Notes under the pieces: model-generated
Database searches by the model: none
Told to the model about the DNA's origin: nothing
The model's input: the letters and a program-made list of their open reading frames with translations, nothing else
Shown: in pieces, positions 10,061 through 23,142 of the stretch
How the letters are laid out: each line of letters begins with the position of its first letter
Numbering within the stretch: position 1 is the stretch's first letter
Source: Lama glama
Taxonomy: Eukaryota
Direction of reading: 5' to 3'
Assembly (NCBI GenBank): GCA_028534125.1
Contig: CM052816.1
Span: 77,688,001 to 77,752,000 of the forward strand
Length of the DNA: 64,000 bases
Program-made: the position numbers and the translations under genes

Positions 10061-12619
10061 CTCCAGAAGCAGTTGAAATATTAGGGACACTGGTCTTCCC
10101 ATGAAGCCACAGAGCTTTTGGAAAGACCCAAGAATAAAACAGAACCACAAAGAATCAAAATAATGGAGCTGAGAGGGACACCTGGGAGACAGGGGAGCCC
10201 ACATGTTGACCTCCACGCAGAGATGGCTGGACGACCCACTGACAGTACTTGATGGTAAGAGTACTTGAAAATGGGAGAAATAAAAGTGTCTCTAACATTT
10301 AAAATTTTGAAATCCACACACAGTAGATCAGAACAGAAATATGTCTTGACACCTTAATAATCAGAGGGGCGCCCAGGCCTGCCAGATCAGATGGTGTGAT
10401 CTGACTAAATATATTAACATATCTAAAGAAAGTGTCAATCAGCCTAAGAAGAGGAGAAAAGGAGAGCTCTGTCCAAAGGGAAATGGCACCCTGGCCAGTT
10501 CACTTTGAGTTTTCTGGCCCTATCAGCAAGATCATCCTTAAAACGGAGTGAGGAGTAACTGGCAGTCTTTGCCTCATGCCATTCAAAGGTTCAATCACTG
10601 GATTTGTTGCTAACCTAGAGATATTCTCATTGTAATTCGGCTTCCGTCAGTTGTAGGTCTTCCTACATGAAGACAAGTCCTGTGACATGAGTATTCAGGT
10701 CACTGTGATAATTATTTTTTACTGTAAATGTATTAAGTAGCACCCAGTTTTACATATGAATCATATGAACTTGGCTAACATAAGTCCGCCTCTGAAAGCC
10801 CAGGTGAGCTAATCATGGGTTTCTGAATCAGCAAGGCTGAAGTTAGATGGAATTCACCAAAGTAAGGCCTCATCCTTCAGCTTTTCAGGCTGGCCCTCCC
10901 CTGGTGAGAACCCATGTCTACATAGGTTTTTCCATTTTGAAATAAAAATTGGTTATAGCAGATTGGACAGGGTCTGGTGTGTTTCACCCTGACTTCCCAT
11001 ATGGATTCCTTTGCAGGCCCTCCAGATGGCCCTGGATGGAAGAGTCTCTTACTGCAAAGGGAAAATGCCCCGAGGCTAGCAGGCAATTATAATGCTAAAA
11101 CTGGGTCAGTATCATTGTATGGAGCCTTTGAGGAGCCAGTAGTCAGCAGATTTGGGGGATTTTTTTTCTTTTTTGGTGAAATTCTAGGCTGATCACTCTA
11201 GATTAGGCATTTCTTTCTCTGTAAGAGCCCAGTTAACATTTTTCAGGCAATACAGAAAAAAGGAGCCATTCCTTCAAAGTGCCCTCACAAGCTGTGCTCC
11301 TAAAAGGTCTTCCAACCACAAGATACAAATTTCTCTCCAAGATCTGGGAGGTCTTGCCTACTTAAAAAAAATAAATAAATAAAATAAAAAACTCTTAGCC
11401 AGGCAGGTGGAATGCCTCGAGGAAGGGGTTCAATTTTTAATCTTTGAGTGCTGATATCTCTGTGCATGACAGTTCCCTCCGCGTCCTTTGCCCTGCTTAA
11501 AGATAAATTCAGAGTGTTTAGCATTTCCCCAAGATGTGCATCTAACTGGATGTCCTCTCATTTTCTCCACTTCCAACTTTCACACTGGAGTTTTCATGTG
11601 TATTGGGGGTGGGGTCGGGGGTGGGAAGGAAGTGGGTGGAGGGACTGTACTTTGTTAACATAGAAACTATGATTGATCTGAGATTTTTCTCTAGCTGAGA
11701 GTCCACTAATGGAAACACTAAATACTTGGGTTGTGGGTGGCCAAAGACAGGGCCGGCCAGGGTGACCCACGCCAGGAGTGGGGATTAGACAGGAGTATGT
11801 GAGGCAGACCAGGAGCTATGAGACATGGAAAAGTGGAGGTTGAGAGAGACTTATTGCTCCCAGGAGGGAATCAACAGAAATTAGACTCCAGGGAAACAAG
11901 AAGGGAACCTGGACCAAAAGACATGACTACTCAGGGGGGAAATGGAATAGAAAGAAAGCTAGACATGATGTGAGGGCAGAAATGTCCCTGGGCTTAGCTT
12001 TGACGAGATAGTATAACCAGTAAATCCAGGATCCAGGTGAAGCCTGATAAAGGCTCTTCTGTATAGAGAAAACTTATTTTCCTTAATTAGATCTATAAAA
12101 TCAAAGATATTAATAACAAAATAATTTTGTGATGAAACAAACATAACAAAATACAGCAATTTAATGAATCAAGACAATATGAAGAAGTTTGAACTATTAA
12201 AACAAATTTTAAAGGTTTTTGTTGTCATTAGAAATTGGACCCAGTGACAAGAACAGGGCAGGGGTATTGGGTGGGGTTTGTGGTAGAGAGTGAATTTATG
12301 GTTCCTCCCTCCACCCTGCTGCTTTTGAGTCTTCAGAAAAGATTTGGGATCCTTCTGACTCCCCATGAAAGCCTGTGCTCTGGCCCCAGTGGTGCTGTTA
12401 TCCAAAAGACTGAGGACCCCTGCAGGGACTGCTCCAGCCCATGCCAGATTAGGAGTAGGACTCTAGTCCTGCATTTACTAATAGTAAGCCTTGTTGATGA
12501 CCACAGTTGATACTCACTTGGGCCTCTTAGGCCAGAGTTCTAATAATCTTACTAGCACTCAATGTTCCATGAGTGCAGCATAATGGTTACAAACTACCTA
12601 GAATCAGACTCTGGTTCCT

Positions 12620-13085
12620 GCACTGAGTCACTTAATCAACACACGATAGCTTAAATAGAAAAGAAATCAGGCAGTTGCAGGGTTGTTGCTGAAACTGAAT
12701 GATGTGGTCAGAAACCTAGGCTCTTTTCAGCTTTCCATTCTTTCCAATGTGTTAGATTGCTGTTCCTAGGCTTCTTGCCTCGTGGTCACAAAACGGTTGC
12801 TGCTGCTCCAGTGTCTATTTTTAATGATAGTGCTGAAAGCAGACAGGGGAGACAGCAGAGATCTCTGTCTCACTGCCAGGTTCTTTCTTTTCAGAAAGGA
12901 AAATGTTTCTCAGAATTGTTTTCCTCTCCACATCTTCCCACCAAGTTGAATTCCCTTTACATCTACCAGAACTGAATTACCCTAACTGCAAAAAAAGGTT
13001 TGAAAAATGAACATTGCCATTTAAATCTTTGTTATGGGAAGCAGATTTTGCCTTCAAAGAGAAGTTAAGAAATAACTGTAGGTTG
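12620..13085 (-). mobile_element. MaLR LTR (old MLT1J/K/L-like)
   Basis: ggctcttttcagctttccattct...cctcgtggtcacaaaacggttgctgctgctcca motif. Confidence 0.6.
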
Positions 13086-13091
13086 GCAACA

Positions 13092-13527
13092 GTACCTGTT
13101 ATCTGCTGCCACAGTAATGCTGCATAACAAAACACCCTAAAACTCAGTGGCCAAAACAACAATTTATTATTTTTTTCATTAATCTACGGATTGATTGGAC
13201 AGTTCTGCTGATCTGAGCTAGAGTTGCCAGTCTTGCCTGGGCTTGCTCATGCATCTGTGGTCAGTAAGTTGGTAGGTTGGTGAGGAGCTGTCTGGTCTCA
13301 GGGGCTCAAAAGAGAAAGCAGAAGCTTGCAAGCCCTCCTGAGGCCTAGGCACCATATGCAGTCACTTCCACCATATCTATTGGCCAAAGAAAGTCACAGG
13401 GCCAGCCCCAATTCAATGGGCAGAGAAACAGTCTTCGCCCCTCTATGGTTGGAGTAACAGTCACATTGCAAGGGATGCAAATACAGGTGAGGAAAATTGG
13501 GGCCGTTTCTATAGTCAATCTATCCCA
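13092..13527 (-). mobile_element. MaLR LTR (MLT1H-like)
   Basis: atgctgcataacaaaacaccctaaaactcagtggc...gtcacttccaccatatctattggccaaagaaagtcacagggccagccc. Confidence 0.8.
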
Positions 13528-13534
13528 GCAATCA

Positions 13535-13663
13535 CTAGAGCTTGCTGTGGGCTCTTAATAGATGAGTGATCACAAACACGTTATTTAACCTCTCAGCTTC
13601 AAGTTCTCCAACTGCAAAATGGGAAAAATAATAAAATCTAACTGCAGGGTTGTTATGAGGAAT

Positions 13664-13703
<40 letters not shown>

Positions 13704-13790
13704 CTCCATATTAAAGAGCTTACAAGGATATCTTCACTTGGTAAGGTACCATGTACAAACCAGTGTTAGCCCTTATGATTACTGGCCAAT
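13535..13790 (+). mobile_element. MIR SINE interrupted by a (CA)n(TA)n microsatellite (about 13664-13703)
   Basis: ttatttaacctctcagcttcaagttctccaactgcaaaatgggaaaaataata...gggttgttatgagga. Confidence 0.75.
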
Positions 13791-14230
13791 GATTGATCAT
13801 AGCAGCCTTGGTCTCAACTATCTTATAGACAGAGTCATAATTAACGAGAAATTCTGATGCTTAGGACAAAGAGCACAAATTTCACCTTCATATTTTGTCG
13901 AATTCACGTTGTAATCCATGATACTGCTTGCAGACTGAACTTAGAGACAATGTTGTCCTGTGCTCAAATTGAATCAATTCTTCTTGCAAACTAGGATCTA
14001 AGTCCATTGTTCCTATCCATTAAAAAAGGGCTCATGTCAACAGGTGAATGTCGCTAATATTTAAATTATACATTCCTTTTGGAAGAAATTATTCCACGTT
14101 TTTTGAACCCTGTAAATTTGGAGGTCCCCAGGGGTAAGGCCTGGTTTAGCCTGGCCCAGCTGCTATCCTGCCTTCAGGGTGTGCTAGACGGAGGGCATAG
14201 GGAGAAAGCCGGGGGGAGAACACTTGCTGG

Positions 14231-14730
14231 NNNNNNNNNNNNNNNNNNNNNNNNNNNNNNNNNNNNNNNNNNNNNNNNNNNNNNNNNNNNNNNNNNNNNN
14301 NNNNNNNNNNNNNNNNNNNNNNNNNNNNNNNNNNNNNNNNNNNNNNNNNNNNNNNNNNNNNNNNNNNNNNNNNNNNNNNNNNNNNNNNNNNNNNNNNNNN
14401 NNNNNNNNNNNNNNNNNNNNNNNNNNNNNNNNNNNNNNNNNNNNNNNNNNNNNNNNNNNNNNNNNNNNNNNNNNNNNNNNNNNNNNNNNNNNNNNNNNNN
14501 NNNNNNNNNNNNNNNNNNNNNNNNNNNNNNNNNNNNNNNNNNNNNNNNNNNNNNNNNNNNNNNNNNNNNNNNNNNNNNNNNNNNNNNNNNNNNNNNNNNN
14601 NNNNNNNNNNNNNNNNNNNNNNNNNNNNNNNNNNNNNNNNNNNNNNNNNNNNNNNNNNNNNNNNNNNNNNNNNNNNNNNNNNNNNNNNNNNNNNNNNNNN
14701 NNNNNNNNNNNNNNNNNNNNNNNNNNNNNN
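14231..14730. other. Assembly gap (500 N)
   Basis: Run of N. The round length suggests a placeholder or estimated size. Confidence 1.
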
Positions 14731-14879
14731 AAATAGTGTTTGAACCAAACTATTTTGAAAAACACTGACTTCTGTGGCATAATCTAAGGAGCATTAAGCA
14801 AAACTCTTCTCTTTTCCAGAAGTTTTCTGTTTCAAGACTTACCAAGAGGGCAGTGTCAGAAGGTTCTGTGGTTGAAGCA

Positions 14880-15110
14880 GTTTTGCATGGCAGTTAAGAG
14901 CAGAGAGTCTGCAGGGAAAATGCTTAGGTTTAAAGTCTGGCTTGGCCCCTTGTTAAGGATGTGACCCTGGCAGAACTATTTAATCCCTCTAGCTTTGATT
15001 TCCTCCTGAGAGAATGGCGATGACATTGCTCCTTCCTCAGGGTTGTGAAGATGGAGTGAAGTCACTTGGCACGGTGCCTAACACAAAGTTGGACAGATAG
15101 TATCTAGCAC
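14880..15110 (+). mobile_element. MIR SINE
   Basis: gcatggcagttaagagc...gtgaccctggcagaactatttaatccctct...cagggttgtgaagat. Confidence 0.8.
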
Positions 15111-15842
15111 TGTTCCCTCGGGAAGTATTGTCAGCCTTTTAACCCCATCTCCAGTGATGCTATGTGGTCCAATCGTTTTCTAGCAGAGAACTAGCTGGCA
15201 AGGTGGGGCGTGATGGGACACAAGTCTTGGTACAGAAAGGTTAACACATCAGAGCAGCCCTAGAAGTGACCAGCAGGGGAGGGACAATGAGGCAGGGGTG
15301 AAGTTGCTGGTGGGGAAAAGTTCCACCAGCCAGGAGAGAAGAAGGAACCAGGTGGAGGCCAGCAGCTCTTGACGGTGCCTAGGTCTTTGATCTTGTAGGT
15401 GACTGAACAAGTTCTCAACAGGTCTCCATGAAGTAGATGTAGATGCCCCCCCCCCACTTCCTACAAGAGTGGCTTTATTAGTATATGTGATCGAACTTTG
15501 AAAAAAACACATTGGAACCCAGGCCTGAGGGTTAACATTTGCACAAATGAGAGAGAGCAACCTCTCTGGGAAAGGTAGTCCTGCCCAGGACACAGAGCCT
15601 AACGAGCAAACAGGGGGCTGGATCTTAGTCTCCTCCACCAGATGCCCTGTGCAGTACACAACTGCTCAGTCACCCTTGGTAGCCCTGCTGGCTCTGCTAG
15701 TTTAGGATGCTTTTAGGATGCTTATTCTAGGATTGCCTTCAAACCCCAGGGGACCTTTATTTACTATTCCCAATGGTAGCAAAACCTAAACGCTTCAAGC
15801 TAAATTTGATTTGGGACAGTCAAAATGATTTTGATCCCAGAG

Positions 15843-16227
15843 TGGGCAGCACTGAAAATATGCCACGCAGATCTCCTGCTGCTGGGAAGATAATTGACTG
15901 ATGGCCCCAGTTACTGTCTCGTGGGATGCACCACACTTCCGCCACACAGCTTCCAGACAATGACTGAGCATGGTGGGACATGAAGGCAGGCCCACCCTAG
16001 CAAGACGTGGGATTCAAGGGCTCCGCACCAGCCTGGCTGAACATTTCTTAGAACGGTGCCGCAGCCCAAGATTCTTCTCACCCAGGCCTTCTTCCTTCCC
16101 TCTCTCCTTCCACGAATGTCAGACCAGCAGTGCAGGCTCAAGGCTCTCTCTGCCTTCCTTGCTGCCTCCTTTTCCTTGCACATCTGAAACCTTCTTGGCA
16201 TCTGTTTCTCAGCAGATGCAGACTACA
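15843..16227 (+). mobile_element. ERVL solo LTR (LTR16A-like)
   Basis: gaaaatatgccacgcagatctcctgctgc...taattgactgatggccccag...caatgactgagcatgg...tttcttagaac...tcttggcatctgtttctc. Confidence 0.8.
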
Positions 16228-16978
16228 GTTCCAGATTTGGTGAAAGCGGGGAAGGATGGTCAGTCTATTTAATACATATTTAGGAGAAATGCTAGAAGTA
16301 GCTATAAAATAAGATGAATTTTCTCATGTAACTGATAAAAAAGGCTTAATGAATATTGACTAACTAATTCAATGAGTGAAAATGTTCTGAAATAAAATAA
16401 CAATCTATAGTTTGGCCTAAATGTCCACTGGTTCAGGGGCATAGGGTGGATCTCCAAGCTATTCTTGGGAGCCCCCAAAAGATTCCTCACATGCACTTGT
16501 CTTGTTCTCACTCTGTTCTGGTTCCTGCTTTTTCACACCTGCCTAGAAAGCCACTGGAAAAAGTCCCATGACTGCTATTGCTTATCCTGGGAACATCAAG
16601 GTCCAGCCATGCCCCAGGGGCAATTCCAAGATGCTCCAAATCTTCTAGTTCTTCTTGAACCTGAAAGGCGCCTAATCATATAACGAGGCCAGAAGAGAAG
16701 ATGGGGAAGGGTGGTTTTCTAATTCCATGCCACAGTGTTTGCTTAGACCTACCTGTAAGCATCTCTTGTGACTAGAGAAGGGAAGTTTCATCAGATTCTG
16801 CTGCTCATCCCTTTTGGTCACCAGGAGCTCAAAATCAGTACAGGGGAACAGGTAAAGACAGATGCCTTCTACTCCAGCTAAAATTCTGTATTTCCATCCT
16901 CATCCAAACTTCCATGGCCCTCTCTAGGTAACAAACAACAAAAGTAAAGATTCTATGGATACAAAATGATTCATTAAC

Positions 16979-17633
16979 TGTATTTTCCATATTCTTAATG
17001 CTCTGGCATCTGGGGCTTTGCTGATTTTGCAGAAATTGCCCCTCCCAGGGCCAGCTAATTTCCAGAGATAGCAAGTAACTTACCTGAGAGCAAGCCTTTC
17101 TTCCAATATCTCCAAATATCTTTAAATTTTGTCTCTAAAATGAAGACGACTGCTGATAGAATTAAATCAATTGAGAAGATATACATGAGATAGTCTGTAA
17201 ACAAAAGAGGGCTATTCAATACAACAAACCAACCAATCCAGAGCCCATACCTACCAACTAACTCCTTATCTACATCCCACAGGTTGAGCCATTATCCCCT
17301 TGCCTTAATCACTCCAGGGCTAGGAACCAGGATCCCAGGGGCACTGCCTACATGTAAGCCTGCTGAAATTATTCTAGCCAATATTAAATCTATCCAGCCG
17401 GCTTACCCAGACCTGCCCATTCCTTTCTGCAAAAGCTACAATAATGCCCGTGTTTTCCCCTCATTTCTTCTGTCTCCTGAATGACCCTGGTGCTTCCCCA
17501 TGTGGCCCTATAAGGCACGGCATGCCCCTTCCTCTTGAGAACTGAGTGACAAACTATCTTTTTGATAGTCGTCATCTCCTGATCTGTTGGCCTCACCATA
17601 TTTGACTAATAATAATACCTACACCTTAAAACA
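16979..17633 (+). mobile_element. ERVL solo LTR (MER74/MER73-group-like) with an internal insert of about 125 bp
   Basis: TG...CA ends; tgtattttccatattcttaatgctctggcatc...caaaccaaccaatccagagccc...gatctgttggcctcaccata...ttaaaaca. Confidence 0.75.
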
Positions 17634-18678
17634 AATGCATATTAAAGAGATTTCAATATTAGAGCATCTACACTAGCAACAACCAACCTCCAATTTTTTG
17701 TTATATTTGAACAGCCTTCTTCTGTTTACAAAGTACCTCATGTACATGTCTCGATTGCTTTAATTCCATCAGCAACTGATTTTAGAGACAAAATTTGGAG
17801 ATATTTGAACAAAAGCAACATTACTGAAAGAAATATATACTTTCTATGAGGCTGTGTGTGAGGTAAAGGGACAGAAGGCCCAGCGCAGGTTCTGCGGCAT
17901 TCATTTCACAGAGATCTCTAAACACATACCAATAAAAAGAACAACCACAGCCTCCAATACTTCCTGAGAAAGTGCTGGGTGTCAGGCACCAGTGTAGGTA
18001 ATTTTCATATATTGACTCATTTAATCCTCTTGTCAATGCTGAGGTTGATACCCAAGGTACCTGCTATTATTTTCCATCTAAAAGGCAATCTAAAACTAAC
18101 AGGTTGAAAATTGATTTCTGGCATGCAAAGTAAGAGCTGTAAATAACTTCAGTGATCAACCCTCCCCATTTTACAGATGAAGTAAGTGTGTTCATGTGTT
18201 CTATTTCACTTGAAGATTTGGTTATTTTTGAGCATATTCTCCGAATAAGGCATACATACCCTGATTTTGCTGACAGTGAGTTCCGACTCCCGTGACCTCT
18301 AGCCCAGCCATGTCATACAAGGGAAATGACACCTACTATAATAATCTCAAACCCCATAATCCATCACCCGTACTTTGAAAGTACTAAAGGGAAATGTGTT
18401 ACAGTAACTAAACACACCTAGTGTATATCATAAGCCTTGCCTAAATATTTCCCATTTACGCTATTTTGAGAACTGGCTTCTAGCCCAGTTCCGACAACAG
18501 TGTTCGAGATTAAGTGGAAGGCCGTGTGAGCGTGGTAAATGAAAATACAGTTCTTCCCCCAAAGGGCTATTTGTTATGAGTTTATTTTCTTGTGTGTGTG
18601 AGATCTCCTTTTCAGCATTTATGAAGTGTGGATTCTGCAATAGTCTCACTTACTGGAAAAAAATGTGTGTCTTGTTAG

Positions 18679-19064
18679 GTTTCCAGAGGACAATGGTATG
18701 CCAACGCTAATCAGCCTTCCCGCAGAAGATCCTGCAGAAGCTGGACCCAGGAACCCCGCTTAGACTACCTCTCCCACAGCAACCGCCTCGCTCCTGGCAA
18801 AGGCACAGACACCTTGCTCTACTCAGCCCCGGTGACATCAGTCGTGCTAATAAGCTAAGGGGTCCTAGACGACAGCAGTCACCACAAAGCAGTCTCAAGC
18901 CTGCTCAGGGGGCACCAGAAGCTCAGTTCTGGACACAATCCCACCGCGTTTCTGGATTAGAGCCCTTGGTGGCAGAGCTCCATCTTTGGATTTAGCCCAT
19001 CTTGGGCCCACTGGCCGTTGACAACCGGATGCAATCATTTGGCTGGAGTGTTCCGAGCAGGATG
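18679..19064 (+). other. Candidate non-coding exon in CpG-retaining unique DNA
   Basis: tgtgtgtcttgttAG|GTTTCC...GATG|GTAATC. All three frames contain stops. Confidence 0.2.
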
Positions 19065-20021
19065 GTAATCAAATTTCAATGACTTGGACGAGCCTCATCT
19101 TCCCTCCCACCCCTGCAGGCATCTGCACCAAGTCTAAAACATAAAGGAAAGTAGAATACTTGGGACATGATATTTTCCAAGATTGAACAGCTGGCTTATA
19201 TCTATTAAATCGCAGCTTTAAATTAATATACTCTATATCTCCCCTCCGTAAATCAAGGAAAACAACAATGTCCCACAGCACTGGATAGGTTTTTGAGTTC
19301 TTTTCGATGGTGCCCAAAGGTTTCTATTTCCAGTTTTGAAAAAGGAAAGGATCTTGGTCTCAAGACACTGAGTGTGCCTACCACGCAAATTCACTGGGTT
19401 CTTTGGCATAATACTGGGGCTGTGGATTCTCCCAAGTAGAATTATATACCCTACTGCATAAAAGAAAGTTACAACTTTTGATTTCAATCTGCAGCCATTC
19501 GACAACCCCATCAGAGGAAGCATTGTATCATTTATCGTCATAATTCAATATTCATAATTCATATTCAACATTTTCACAGTTGGGGGGTGAGTAACTGATC
19601 CAACTAGTTGTTCTTCTAGGTGTTTCCTGAATTAGTTTATCCATTTATTGGTTAAGCCAGGAACAGAGCAGTATGTCTGCAGTCAGCCCCCAACTTCATG
19701 CCCAAACTTTGATCAGAATCCATTAGTTCAGGGGATTGAAAAAGAGGAACATTCTATGTCAACGTAGAAAACTGCATTTGTTAAGTTCCTCAAAGGCTGC
19801 ATGTATCTAAAGGAGGTCCTCCCAAAGACTCCTCTGCAGGCAACTGTCTGGAGGACTGGATCAAGAAGCAGGTCAACAATTCTCTACTGAAACCCAGCTG
19901 CAAACTCAGCTTGAGATCCACACCAACTGGGACCAATACCGAAAAACAGGGCATTGGTGACTCTTCATTGTGAACTTTTTTTTTTCATTTTGCTTTCCTT
20001 TGTTTTTTTTCAATTCTACAG

Positions 20022-20460
20022 ACATGGCCAGAATCTGAACGTGCATTGCCTGGATCAGACCCTGAATAACTAAATGTCTTGATGGGGAAGATGTGCCAGA
20101 TCCTTGCTCTCTATCTGCGTCCACCCCAAGAAAAGGCTGTGCTTCCTTCCAGTGAGCGGCCCAGCACAACTTGGCCGTGACTTTTCCTGCATTTTCTGGC
20201 AGGAAGTATGGAAAAGGATCTATATGGAAAACGTGTGCGGGTGTGTGCCTGTGTGTGTGTGTAATGGGCTTTTTTTCTCAAATGATTTTTCTCTCTTTGA
20301 GCTCCTAGGATAGAGCAGTGCTAACCATTCCAGCTCTGTTTATTTGCTAGGTTCTAGGATTCATCTTCAAACTGGGGCTTCAAAGCCTATTTTCTACAAG
20401 CTTTTTTAGTTATTCTGCCAATGAGGTTCAAAGCAATAAAATAGAAATAAGAATGCATCC
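20022..20460 (+). other. Candidate (possibly terminal) non-coding exon
   Basis: Very strong acceptor with a roughly 40-nt pyrimidine tract ending ttctacAG at 20021. AATAAA at 20435-20440. Alternative donors after 20151 and 20205. Confidence 0.25.
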
Positions 20461-22616
20461 TTGAAGGAGGAATTTGCTCCTTTACTCTTAGTGCTATGAT
20501 TGTTCAGAAGAAGGGTGTGTTGAAAGAACACTAACAGGAAAGTTTAGCCTAAAAATGAGAAGATGGAGGGAAGGAAATATAATCTGGAGGTGGATTTAGA
20601 TGAGGATTAGCAGCTGCCCTGTCTCCTTTGATGAAGGGCTTAACTAACAGCAAAGAGAAGTGAGGATAGTACATCTTAGGAAAAAACTTCCTGACCCTTG
20701 GAAGTCCTGGCAATGTCTTACCAAAAGGGATTGCCCAGTGTGCTTCTGGGTTTTTTTTTTTTTCTTTTTAGTGTGATGTTGTTTTTGTAAATTTGTTTTT
20801 TTGTTGTTATTATTCATTCTAAACTGTAGAAGTTTTAGACTCCTGTTTTTTCTTCATTACTCAAGTAATGCACGTCTATTATAGAAAAAAAAAGGTGGAA
20901 AATACTCTATAAGCACTGAGGGAAAAAAAATATCTATAATTGCACTGCCCAGAGGTATTAACTGTTACCATTCTGGGGCATGTGTTTTCAGACGTCTTTC
21001 TCTGGGAGATTGGTTAAGTAAATGCAGGTTCAGTCATAAAATGTAGCTACTAAGAATGATACATACATGATACACGGACTTTGGGCCTTGGCCTCAGTTA
21101 GTGTTTATCCAAATCTGCTCTTTGGTTTCATCTCGGGCCTTGGCCTTGGCAAGCAAAAGAACTGAATGGCAACTTCATCACCATCTGGTGACCTTGAACC
21201 CATGTATGTTCAGTGATTGTGAGATGGAACAGATTACCATTACATCTAGCTGGCAATAAGGTCAGTAACCTGAATAAGACATAATCAAATTTCCAGTTGA
21301 TAGCTGAATGTTCTCCTAAAGATATACATAAGCATTTTAGATGTAACCTGAAGGGAAAAATCTATATATATGCTTTATATATTGAAATTCTAACAGCTAG
21401 AATACAAATATTACAAGTGGTTTGTGTGTGTGTGTGTACATGAGTAAAATGTCTTAATAATTAAGAATAGTTAGAAAAGGATTTAATTTTATGCACTAAA
21501 ATAATTATTGGAAACTTTCAAAGGGTTAAATAAGGAAATATTTGCAATATCTACTATTATACATATTAAATTATGAATATGACATTAATACAGAATAAAC
21601 TAATACAAATATTAATAACGCATGAATTAGCCAGATAACTTATGAAGATCATGATATCCTTTCTGAACCAAAGCATGTTCATAAAGATTTAAATAATAAA
21701 TAAGGCTGACTAATATTCAGCTATTTAATTCTGTTTGGGCATGATTTTTATAAGAATAGCTCTGTTTTGGAATTCTTCACCTTTTTTTAAAGGTAAATTA
21801 AAACTATTCTGTAAACTCTGTCACCTTAAAATTTCACAGGGAGAAAAAATTCCCAAATCATGGATCATAACACCCATAATAAACCATTTTTCCTTATATA
21901 ATAAGAAATATAAATATAAAGAGTATAAACCACAGAACAAGTCGTTAGAGAAAAATGGGCCATGTGATACATTTTGTTTTCCAATTATAATCCAATTTCA
22001 AAATTACACGCTGTGCAAGAATTCTCTAGGAAGGCAATTCTTTACAGTCTTTAAGCTTATAGCATCTATTTTAAATAAAAAGCTTGTTGAAATTATTGCT
22101 GTAACTACCAGTACTTCTCAGCAGTCAGAGATAAAGAAGTTTTGAGATATCTAAACTTATGACTCTTGGATAAAAAAGTTCCTTCCAGGAAACACAGTAT
22201 TGAGACCTGAGCCTGAATTATATTCTGCTGTGCACAAGTGGTTGGTAACATTATTAAATGTTCCAGTTGAAAGTTGCCCTCTCTTTAGTATTGATATGTG
22301 CAGAATAGTAGCTGAAAAGAACCACCTAGCAGTTGCCAGTTCTGAGAAACCACTATAATGTGCCTCCAGTAAAGTAACAAATTTTAAAATTTCTAACTAT
22401 TAAATACTAACACTGAAACAATAATAATAATTGAAACATTTGCATATGATTTCAAACTTCTACATATACTCCAGAAATTCTTTCAATGATTGTGATATTT
22501 GGCTATAGTCTCTGCTTCAACAGAAGACATATTTTCATCCTTATACACTTGCTACTTAGAATTGTAATCACTGTGTCCCAAATACATAGTGCATTATAGG
22601 TTTGAAATAGAGAGAT

Positions 22617-23142
22617 GTGTATCTATTAGGATGCTTTCAATTGCATGCAATAGACATCCCTACCCAAACTGGCTTTTAAAACTTAGGAAGAGGAAAAGAA
22701 GTTACTGGCTCATATATCAGAAGAGTCTGAGGTGGTAGGTAAAACTCACTTCAGACCAGGCTTTATCCAGGCTCTAGGATGTGAAGAAGACCTGGCTTTT
22801 CTCTCTCCGTTTCCCATCTCTACTTCTTAGCTCCAGCCTCAGTCTCCCTCTATAGGGTGCAAAGATGGCTGCCAACAAAGACTGACTCCCAAAGTCAGTC
22901 TTTGTTCCAGTAGTCCCCAGCAAAAGTCATAAATTACACCCTGCCAGATATATGCTTACATGATGTGTTTACCTCTGCAACATCCCTGTGGCTAGGAAGA
23001 TGCCACATGATTATATACTTAAATTAACCAGCTTCCATCTCTGGAGGTGGAAAAAAATCAAACCAAAGTGGTGGTTTCCCAAAGAAATTATGGGATGCTG
23101 TTACCAAGAATTAGGGGAAACTGATGCTAACCAGCAAACAAT
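22617..23142 (-). mobile_element. MaLR LTR (MLT1J/K-like)
   Basis: ttaggatgctttcaattgcatgcaatagac...caaactggctt...aagatggctgcca...gggatgctgttaccaagaa. Confidence 0.75.

Noticed and set aside
14079..14780. The four ORFs of 170-229 aa spanning the gap
   Set aside because: Artefacts of translating through the N gap.
15701..15723. 11-bp tandem duplication tttaggatgct
   Set aside because: Ordinary slippage duplication with only two units.
18900..18975. CTCF-like motifs (ctcagggggcac; cttggtggcag)
   Set aside because: Only the 3' half of the consensus matches. Not supportable without a PWM scan or ChIP data.
21735..22145. 136-aa ORF
   Set aside because: TTG start with K/I/F/N-biased composition reflecting AT-rich DNA. 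No recognisable protein or splice context.
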